From a virus (Duplodnaviria; Caudoviricetes), in the IMG/VR virus record IMGVR_UViG_3300007734_000738, positions 1-61,230 of that record: a stretch of DNA of 61,230 nt; one strand, given 5' to 3'. The stretch's first letter is position 1. Each line of letters begins with the position of its first letter. This document shows positions 1-6,868 of the stretch, in pieces. Made by a program: the position numbers and the translations under genes. The notes beneath the pieces were generated by a model. It made no database searches. It was not told where the DNA came from and was given only the letters and a program-made list of their open reading frames with translations.

Positions 1-519
1 CTCCGCCGCCTTCACAGCGCGATCCGTCCCGTCTACCCAGCCCTGAGCCCAGCTCAGGAAAGAGGGACTCCAGGAGACCGAGACCGCACAGGCTATCCCG
101 AATCGGATGCGTTGTTCCCGTGTGAGCATCGGGAGGTCCATCGGCTCACATATCCTCATCTCGGTATAGCCCACTTGCAGCCCATGGTCGTCGAGGTGTC
201 GTCCTCGACCTTCTCCTCGATAGAGGACGGGGTTGTGGAGATTCGCATGTATAGGATTGAGCAGCGCCGCGAGGAGGGGGTGCGTATAGCTGTGGAGCCA
301 GCCGGGTCCGCAGAGCCTGCCCTCTCCTGGCGTCTGTTTCCACTTCTTGAGGGTCCACGGGTAGCCTCCGTGAGAGGTGCGGTCAGGGTTGAGGAGTTTA
401 TAGATGACTACCGGATCAGACTGTGTAGTGCATCGGTCGCACAGTGGTTTTCCCGTGTTGGTTCGGCGTCCGTGGCTCACCCGTCGGCATTTTGACTCAC
501 TGCAATAGATGGTACTCAT
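1..519 (-). CDS. Phage hypothetical protein, N-terminal part (runs off the left end; continues at 61230)
   Basis: ATG at 519 after GAAAGGGCGAGAACAG; frame open to base 1: MSTIYCSESK...LCGPGWLHSYTHPLLAALLNPIHAN...TREQRIRFGIACA...WAQGWVDGTDRAVKAAE. Not in the ORF track because it has no stop in the window. Confidence 0.75.
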   Translation of the reverse strand, partial: MSTIYCSESKCRRVSHGRRTNTGKPLCDRCTTQSDPVVIYKLLNPDRTSHGGYPWTLKKWKQTPGEGRLCGPGWLHSYTHPLLAALLNPIHANLHNPVLYRGEGRGRHLDDHGLQVGYTEMRICEPMDLPMLTREQRIRFGIACAVSVSWSPSFLSWAQGWVDGTDRAVKAAE

Positions 520-829
520 CTGTTCTCGCCCTTTCGGACTCCCAGAGCCTCACGGCTCCGGGAGTCCTCCTGCCGGTTATGCGTACTGATTCACGGTTGT
601 CCGTGCGTCCACCTCGTCGAAGCGCGCGGTCAGATCGTCATGAATGAATCGAAGGGTGTCCTTCAACCTCTCGTCACCCTTCCGGGCGGCTTTTTCATAG
701 GCAATTACGATCTCCGTTGCGTTCGCATCGTGGGTCTGGTTATCTCCTCGCATGTGTCATCACCCCCTCTCACGTTATAGGATAGCATCGAGTGAGGGCT
801 CCCAGGGGAGCTGAGAGCCCCTCTTGAGG

Positions 830-1120
830 CTATACGAGATAGTTGGTCGCCGCCAGTTCCACGATCAAGACGGACTCCTGACCATTGAGCCCTTTGATAT
901 GGTGGGCGAGTTCGGCGGCCCACGTTCGTGTGTCCAGACATTGTTGTGGGTAGAAGTCCGTCCCGTTCGGGATCACGGCAATCTCTATGATGAGCGCGTG
1001 CTCAGGTTGACCCTTCCAGACGCCTTCCGCCGGGACGAGGGTATATCCCTCGAAGTAGGTGTCGATCAGTGGAATGAGGTCGGCTCGGTTTTTGTCTTCG
1101 GTGTAGAGTCTCAGAATCAT
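830..1120 (-). CDS. Putative SAM lyase (SAMase / DUF3574-like ferredoxin fold), anti-restriction candidate
   Basis: Pattern FEGYT-x4-EGVWKG-x2-EHALIIEI...LAHHIK...QESVLIV matches my recollection of small phage SAM lyases; RBS AAGGAGG. Confidence 0.6.
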   Translation of the reverse strand: MILRLYTEDKNRADLIPLIDTYFEGYTLVPAEGVWKGQPEHALIIEIAVIPNGTDFYPQQCLDTRTWAAELAHHIKGLNGQESVLIVELAATNYLV

Positions 1121-1144
1121 GATCTCGCCCTCCTTGTGTGTATG

Positions 1145-1207
1145 AACCCTGACGGGTAGCCAGACGCTCCCCGTTTCGCCGGACTCCCACCGGCTCGTCA
1201 GAGGGTT
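1145..1207 (-). ncRNA. Type I hammerhead ribozyme (copy 1)
   Basis: Minus strand: AACCCU-CUGACGA-GCCGG(UGGGAGU)CCGGC-GAAA-CGGG..CCCG-UC-AGGGUU. Full core, three stems, GUC triplet; predicted cut between 1151 and 1150. Confidence 0.9.
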
Positions 1208-1238
1208 ACTCTATGGTTTCATCTTCGAGGGCCTCCTC

Positions 1239-1298
1239 ACCCTGACGGGGGAACGGTCTCCCCCGTTTCGCCGGACTCCCACCTGCTCGTCAGAGGGT
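1239..1298 (-). ncRNA. Type I hammerhead ribozyme (copy 2)
   Basis: Minus strand: ACCCU-CUGACGA-GCAGG(UGGGAGU)CCGGC-GAAA-CGGGGGA(GACCGU)UCCCCCG-UC-AGGGU. One A-G mismatch in stem II; predicted cut between 1244 and 1243. Confidence 0.85.
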
Positions 1299-1462
1299 TA
1301 CGCCTGCCGGGACGTTATCCAGGCGGCTCGGTCTTCGAGATACTGGTCAATCATTCGGCAGAGGCCTTCTTTTGTCTGGCTACACATTGTCACCCCATAG
1401 CGGTCGGCTTCCCACCCCTTGCGCGTCGATTCCCATATTCTGAAACTTCGATAGCTGTTCAT
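1298..1462 (-). CDS. Small hypothetical protein (54 aa)
   Basis: MNSYRSFRIWESTRKGWEADRYGVTMC...SRQA*; AAGGAG upstream; its TAA overlaps the start of hammerhead copy 2. Confidence 0.6.
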   Translation of the reverse strand: MNSYRSFRIWESTRKGWEADRYGVTMCSQTKEGLCRMIDQYLEDRAAWITSRQA

Positions 1463-1463
1463 G

Positions 1464-2030
1464 TTAGTGCTCCTTCGGCCATGTCAGTTCGTTCGCCGCG
1501 TACTTGACGCCGCAGGTATATCGCTCTACCCGGCCCTGGAGTGCGCACCAGGCTCGCCGCACTTCTAGCACTTGCACGGCGATCCGGTCAAGCGTCGGGG
1601 AATTTTCATCGAGTAGACCGGCGCGTTCCTTGTTGCGTGACACTGCCGCCTCTCCGTGGCATTGACCCGAGTATTCAAATCCTTCCGCGTGGCTTTCACC
1701 GACCCCGTGCCCTTCATAGTGTTCATTGTTCGGTCGATAGCTGTCATGGTCAATATAAAATATCGCCCGTTCGTTGTAGGGTCTGACGGTGCGATGCCAG
1801 AGATGCAGCTCTCCGGGGTGTTTGTAGAAACAGACTGGCTCAGAGGGGAACAGCTTCGCCCCGTTGATGGCCAGAGTGAGTTTGTCCGTGAAGCGTTTGG
1901 TGAGCTTCTTTCCCTCGAAGGGTTTCAGGGTGTCCGCGATTATCAAGTGGATCTTGTGCATAAGAGCCTCTTCCTCGTGCTCCTTTTGGAGTGTCGTGCG
2001 AAGGCTCTTGAGAATCTGTGCCTTTGTCAT
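1464..2030 (-). CDS. Hypothetical early protein
   Basis: 188-aa ORF with GAAAGGA RBS; coupled to neighbouring genes. Confidence 0.7.
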   Translation of the reverse strand: MTKAQILKSLRTTLQKEHEEEALMHKIHLIIADTLKPFEGKKLTKRFTDKLTLAINGAKLFPSEPVCFYKHPGELHLWHRTVRPYNERAIFYIDHDSYRPNNEHYEGHGVGESHAEGFEYSGQCHGEAAVSRNKERAGLLDENSPTLDRIAVQVLEVRRAWCALQGRVERYTCGVKYAANELTWPKEH

Positions 2031-2263
2031 GATGTTCGTTTTCCTTTCAGTGCTCGCCGCGCGTGGCGTGTGATCTCGTAGACGCTACAGGATGCCAGTG
2101 GGCCACGTACTCCCGCGTTCGCGATCTCGGTTAATGCACCACGGAGACGGTGACGTTCTTCCAGTTTGTCGATCAAGTCGTTGATGAATGAATCGGGTAA
2201 GTTGTCAAACTCTTCATCCGAGATGTTATAGGCGGCTAGCAGTTCTTCATTGGTGATTGCCAT
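2027..2263 (-). CDS. Hypothetical early protein (acidic N-terminus)
   Basis: GAGAGGA RBS; ATGA overlap with the next gene. Confidence 0.6.
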   Translation of the reverse strand: MAITNEELLAAYNISDEEFDNLPDSFINDLIDKLEERHRLRGALTEIANAGVRGPLASCSVYEITRHARRALKGKRTS

Positions 2264-2658
2264 GATGGTATGTTCCTCTCTCCCGTCGGTTCAATGCAGA
2301 CTTGTTCGAGCACATGGATCAATTCGACGTGTACATCATCGGAGACTCCGTCGTCGCGAAGTTCCTTGACGTGTTTGTCAAAGTATTCGCGCGCGGCCAC
2401 TAGGGAGTTGAACGCGTCTACGTCCTCCTGGCTGTCCGCTACGGATTCGGTTCGGACTTGAAAGTCTCCCTTCGACGGACAGAGGATTGCTTCGAGCGTC
2501 TTCAGCAAGCCGGTTTGTGTTTTGGACCCCCCTCCGGTCTCTACCTGATCTGCACCTTTAACCTTCTTAAGGTATGGCCAGAGGAAGGTAATGATTCGTA
2601 CTTGTTGCTCCGTGGTGAGTGCCCCCTCATAGGGCGTACAGGTCTTTTTTCTGTTCAT
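2236..2658 (-). CDS. Hypothetical early protein
   Basis: Start reassigned to ATG 2658 (MNRKKT) behind GAAAGGA; ATGA overlap with the upstream gene. Confidence 0.6.
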   Translation of the reverse strand: MNRKKTCTPYEGALTTEQQVRIITFLWPYLKKVKGADQVETGGGSKTQTGLLKTLEAILCPSKGDFQVRTESVADSQEDVDAFNSLVAAREYFDKHVKELRDDGVSDDVHVELIHVLEQVCIEPTGERNIPSWQSPMKNC

Positions 2659-2915
2659 GATGGTGTTCCTTTCTTGGCTAAGCTGAAGCATACCGCTTCC
2701 GTATTGATCCTTTTCGTGAATTGTTCCGTGGCCGCGTGCTCCTTCGCGATTCGGTCGGCCTTGAAAAAGTCCAGATTCAGGATGAGGCACAGGTGCCGGA
2801 GGTCCGTGAGGCAGTCCACGACATTGTTAAAGTCTGCCCCTCGCCCCTCGTCATACGTCACCTTGAGCACTTTTCGCACGGCGCGTGCGCGTGCTCTTGG
2901 GGTGATGCCGTTCAT
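2655..2915 (-). CDS. Hypothetical early protein (VDCLTDLRHLC motif)
   Basis: AAGGAGGGCGAGATC leader; resembles a common small phage family with a D-LxDLxH motif. Confidence 0.7.
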   Translation of the reverse strand: MNGITPRARARAVRKVLKVTYDEGRGADFNNVVDCLTDLRHLCLILNLDFFKADRIAKEHAATEQFTKRINTEAVCFSLAKKGTPS

Positions 2916-2995
2916 GATCTCGCCCTCCTTTGTTGGTGTAACATCCTTCCAGACTCCCGGCCAGGTCTCACGCTCGCCGGGAGGTTGCAGGGATG

Positions 2996-3184
2996 TTAGC
3001 CCACCTTTGGAAACAGTTTCGAGGTCGGTTGTGGTTTCTCGTCTTCCTTATCTGTTCGCGTAAAGGTGTCTGTACTGAAGTCCGCGTGAATGCCCGCAAG
3101 CGCGTTGCAGAGTTTTGTGTAAGCTTCTTTCCCGTTCTTAGCACGAATGCCAATTCTTACGTTTTGGAATTCAAAATATCGCAT
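2996..3184 (-). CDS. Small hypothetical protein
   Basis: 62 aa, AGGGG RBS, follows the upstream stop directly. Confidence 0.55.
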   Translation of the reverse strand: MRYFEFQNVRIGIRAKNGKEAYTKLCNALAGIHADFSTDTFTRTDKEDEKPQPTSKLFPKVG

Positions 3185-3192
3185 AGATCCCC

Positions 3193-3798
3193 CTAGTTCC
3201 CCGTGAGTTGTAAGACTTCTTGCGCTTGCTGCCGTTGCACCCGTAGCCGTGTCGCTTCAGCCTTGCGTGCGTAGCCAATCGCGGACTTCGCCTCTCCGAT
3301 GCAATAGTCATACTTCCCGTTCTCTTCCGGCCAGAAACCCCAACACGAATCTTCCGAGAGAGGTCCTTCAATCTGGTACCCTACAGCTTCGCCGTTGAGG
3401 TATTGATTGAACACCTCAATCTCACCCGCAAGACAGGCTTTGGTTTGGTCCTGTACCGCTTTCGTACAGAGTTTTTTCCCCCATTCAAAGACCGCCTTTG
3501 CCTTGGTACACCAGATGATCCCGCATTGGCCGCTGTCCCATGGACAGGAAAACGGTCGAGTGGACAAGCTTGTTCCGCTGTGGATGTACGCATAGACCGG
3601 AAGATAGATTACGTCGTTGCGTTCGACGATGGCGTCAATCTCCTCTCGGTCCGCTCGCCGGTCTCCGAGACAGTACCGGCTTGACGTGTAGAGAATCTCC
3701 CCGACGTTATCCCATTCGCGCGGACTCTCCGCGTCCGTGTCTTGCAGCAACCGGATGATATGGCCTTTGTACTTAACAGTCTCGATTGCGTCATTCAT
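3193..3798 (-). CDS. Conserved phage hypothetical protein (ESPREWDN...DSGQCG...DSCWGF family)
   Basis: 201-aa ORF with the shared leader motif; motifs recur in phage early proteins. Confidence 0.75.
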   Translation of the reverse strand: MNDAIETVKYKGHIIRLLQDTDAESPREWDNVGEILYTSSRYCLGDRRADREEIDAIVERNDVIYLPVYAYIHSGTSLSTRPFSCPWDSGQCGIIWCTKAKAVFEWGKKLCTKAVQDQTKACLAGEIEVFNQYLNGEAVGYQIEGPLSEDSCWGFWPEENGKYDYCIGEAKSAIGYARKAEATRLRVQRQQAQEVLQLTGN

Positions 3799-3989
3799 GA
3801 TCTCGCCCTTTCTTGCGCGTTCAGCGCGTCTACAATCAGTTGACCCTCTTCCTCACGGTCGCAGCGAGCAATGGGGTCGGCCCCAAAGACTTTGGCCCCT
3901 CTGAATATGAGCCAGTAATTCGGTCCGTTGTTTTGGCACGCTTGAATGAGTTTGTAGCTGTTAGGTTTCATGGTCTCGCCCTTCCTTTC

Positions 3990-4265
3990 TCAGTCTTTTC
4001 TCGTGTACTCTCGTAATCCTCGTTCTAGCAAACTCTCTCGCCGTGGCGCGACCGTTCCATAGTAGCTCGCATGCGCCTGTTCCTCGTATCCGTCAAACCA
4101 CGGCCCATGCGCGTTCGTGTGGTTTGTCGCGTCTCCACTAGTCGCCGTTCGGCTTGAGCTTTCAGGATCGTTGCAGCGTTCTTCTGCCTCTTCCAACGTG
4201 AGGTTGGCCTCTTGCACTTCTCTCGCTCCGTTAAAGTAAAACCGGACAATTCTATATTTGCTCAT
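3990..4265 (-). CDS. Hypothetical protein, first gene of the leftward early unit
   Basis: ATG 4265 behind GGGAGGGCGAGATC; YRIVRFY...LTLEEAEERCNDPESSS...WFDGYEE. Confidence 0.7.
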   Translation of the reverse strand: MSKYRIVRFYFNGAREVQEANLTLEEAEERCNDPESSSRTATSGDATNHTNAHGPWFDGYEEQAHASYYGTVAPRRESLLERGLREYTRKD

Positions 4266-4429
4266 GATCTCGCCCTCCCGTTCGTTGTTTACTGTCTTGA
4301 AAAAGTGTATATGCTGGAATCGTGCCAAAGAAAAAGTTCAATGAAATCACGGGATGTATCCTTTTGTGGTGTGGCACAAATTACACACTTGTGTCCTGAG
4401 TCGTGGTAAAAATGAGACGAATGTGAGAT

Positions 4430-4540
4430 TGTACAAAAATGTACACTCCTAGTCTAAAAGTGTACAAAAATGTACACTCCTACTTAAAACGTGTACAAAA
4501 ATGTACACTCCTAGTTCAAAAGTGTACAAAAATGTACACT
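4430..4540. repeat. 31-bp tandem repeat (about 3.6 units) with internal palindrome TGTACA-AAAA-TGTACA
   Basis: TGTACAAAAATGTACACT starts at 4430, 4461, 4492 and 4523, in the AT-rich divergent intergenic region. Confidence 0.95.
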
Positions 4541-4644
4541 TGCAGCCATTCACATGTCTTTTGCAGGTTGTTGCAAGCAATTCACGGGAGTGTGATACAC
4601 TCATTTTTAACTTGTGTCAATAATTACAAGGAGAATACGCCGTT

Positions 4645-4965
4645 ATGATGCCAAACATGCCAGAAACCCCGGAAACACCCTCCGAATCTGTAGACACCCC
4701 CAGTCAAGAACTCAGTCGAGAGACGATACCAGACTTTGCACAGGGTTATGCAATCACCATCTGTGTCTATCCCGATGGCTTTGAAGTGGAAGGCCCGAAA
4801 CCCCTTCCCCAAGGGGAAGAATCGGACGAACCCTCCGCCGAACATGACGAAAAACTCCCAGATCTCACGACGGCCCTCAAGCACGTCATTGCGATCCACA
4901 AAGAGCATCCTGTCGATAGCGACCTAGAAGGACATTTTCAAGCAGGACTGGGAGAAGAGGCCTAG
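4645..4965 (+). CDS. Acidic hypothetical protein
   Basis: AAGGAG RBS; first gene of the rightward unit. Confidence 0.65.
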   Translation: MMPNMPETPETPSESVDTPSQELSRETIPDFAQGYAITICVYPDGFEVEGPKPLPQGEESDEPSAEHDEKLPDLTTALKHVIAIHKEHPVDSDLEGHFQAGLGEEA

Positions 4966-4968
4966 CAC

Positions 4969-5574
4969 ATGCGGCACGATCCCGATATGGTGACATACTT
5001 GACACCCACCGGGGAGCGAAAAGAGCTGATGGTCTATCTGGGCCATCCGTTGACCAAGAAGCGAGAGACGTTCTGTCAACTGGTCGCGTTTGGGGCCACG
5101 GCTGGAGACGCCCTCGTTGAGGCCTACGAGAAACGCGCCGATACCGTCGAGGACCGAAAGCAACGACAACACGAAGGTATGACGTTGTTGCTCGATACCG
5201 ATGTCCGAATCCGCGTGCAAGAGCTGAGACGCCCCATTCAGCGCAAGCTCCTGCGTAAGTGGGAGTATACCCTCGACAAGGCCCTCGAAGACTGTCAAGC
5301 CGCATGGGATGTCGCCTATGCCGATGGCGATAGCAAGGCCATGCAAAGTTGTGTCCGCTTGCGTGCGGAGTTGTGTAAGATGCTGAGTCACGATGTCAAC
5401 GTGACGCATAAGTATGGCGCGCTCGACGCGGAGACGACAGAGGTCTTGGTGGCATTGAAGGACGCGCTCAAGCGTAAGAAAGCCGGGGAGGTACGAATTG
5501 TGGGAGATTCGGTGGACGGGAATCGGGATCGGATCGGCGGACCCCCCAATGGCCCGCTTTCGATCGGGGGGTAG
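4969..5574 (+). CDS. terS: Terminase small subunit (probable)
   Basis: LTKKRETFCQLVA...ALVEAY...LLLDTDVRIRVQELR HTH pattern typical of TerS; upstream of TerL. Confidence 0.7.
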   Translation: MRHDPDMVTYLTPTGERKELMVYLGHPLTKKRETFCQLVAFGATAGDALVEAYEKRADTVEDRKQRQHEGMTLLLDTDVRIRVQELRRPIQRKLLRKWEYTLDKALEDCQAAWDVAYADGDSKAMQSCVRLRAELCKMLSHDVNVTHKYGALDAETTEVLVALKDALKRKKAGEVRIVGDSVDGNRDRIGGPPNGPLSIGG

Positions 5575-6050
5575 GGTCCCCTTCGACCACAGTAGGATTC
5601 ACAGGGAGTCCAAATTTTTATTTTTTTTTTTCTCTAAATAGTACCCCAGCCGCTCGTAAAATTTTTCGTGGGTAATTCTAATGTGTCACCCCTGTTTTCC
5701 GAGCATGTGGGAGTAAGACGATGTTGATGGCCTACTTTCTCCTCGTGATGATCAGCACGCAAGGGTGGCCGGACGTCCTCGGTCCCTACCTCCGAGACGA
5801 ATGGTAGGATGTGTTGGAATTCTTGATCGCCCGAGCGTATGAGACCGGCGGCTGCGAACTCCTCCCGCGTCCACAACCGGATGCAGTCTACGCCACCGTC
5901 CCGTTTATGCCATAGGAGATCGCATGAACGTCTATCGCAGTCCCAAACGACGAGCCTGCATCATGTGTAAACCGCACAAACGAGGGTACGAACCTTGTTG
6001 GACGCCACAAGAATTTGCCACCATCAGACGAATGGAACAGGAGGTACGTC

Positions 6051-6233
6051 ATGCCACGGACTAATCGCCATCTCCCACAAAGCGCCGCCATCCTCACCAT
6101 CAAATGTGCGGCAGATATGACCCCGCGTGGACGCAAGGCGATCGCCGCCTGGCTCCGGCAACAGGCGGATCATCTCCAGCAGGATGGAGCCGTCTACGGG
6201 CCACGATTCACTGCACGCTATCTCTACACCTAA
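6051..6233 (+). CDS. Small hypothetical protein
   Basis: GGAGG RBS before ATG 6051. Confidence 0.6.
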   Translation: MPRTNRHLPQSAAILTIKCAADMTPRGRKAIAAWLRQQADHLQQDGAVYGPRFTARYLYT

Positions 6234-6242
6234 GGAGACCCT

Positions 6243-6449
6243 ATGAACCAGTCGTGGACCACTTACCGGCGCACGGCCATCGCCAACATGCGCCCCGATA
6301 TTCCGGGGGAAGACCTCTCCGGCGTCTCCGTCAGCAAGGAAGACCACCCGCACACCGGCGGGATGATCGCGCGCAATCCTGATAACCACGACGATCAGTG
6401 GTATGTGAACGGTGAGTACTTCGCCAAAAATTTCGAACCCATCCCCTAA
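6243..6449 (+). CDS. Small conserved phage protein (YRR...GGMIARNPDNHDDQWYV..YF..NFE)
   Basis: AAGGAG RBS; recognisable small phage family of unknown function. Confidence 0.65.
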   Translation: MNQSWTTYRRTAIANMRPDIPGEDLSGVSVSKEDHPHTGGMIARNPDNHDDQWYVNGEYFAKNFEPIP

Positions 6450-6462
6450 AGGAGACCGCCTC

Positions 6463-6633
6463 ATGCATCAATGCTCGATCAATCTTGAAGATACCGACAC
6501 CGGCGAAATTGCCATGCGCGTGGTCCATGCCGACGGATACCAGCCCAATTCGCCCGCGCACAAACTCGCCAATCAAATCATCAAATGGCTCGACGAACAG
6601 GCGGCCTCCAAGAAGGATCTCGCCCATGAATAA
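6463..6633 (+). CDS. Small hypothetical protein
   Basis: AAGGAG RBS, operon-like packing. Confidence 0.55.
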   Translation: MHQCSINLEDTDTGEIAMRVVHADGYQPNSPAHKLANQIIKWLDEQAASKKDLAHE

Positions 6634-6868
6634 TCTCACCTTCGTGCCGACCGCTGATCTCCTCGACGCCCTGTTTGGCCGCTATGACAACGCGGTGTTT
6701 CACGGGACTCTAGCACGACCGGTCTCGGCCGACGACAAGAGCAAGCTCTACACCATTCGCACGACCGGCGATCAGTACTACGCCATGGGACTCGCCCAAG
6801 AAATCATCCTCTTCTGTCATGAAGAAACCGCGAAAACCCAATGTGATTTGGATCCCACCGATTTATGA
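6626..6868 (+). CDS. Small hypothetical protein
   Basis: AAGGA RBS; ATGA overlap with terL. Confidence 0.55.
   Translation: MNNLTFVPTADLLDALFGRYDNAVFHGTLARPVSADDKSKLYTIRTTGDQYYAMGLAQEIILFCHEETAKTQCDLDPTDL

Noticed and set aside
112-495. Plus-strand 127-aa ORF (and 824-1159)
   Set aside because: Antisense shadows of better-supported minus-strand genes that have RBS motifs.
4430-4540. Possible mini-CRISPR array
   Set aside because: The 13-nt linkers resemble one another and are too short; no cas operon.
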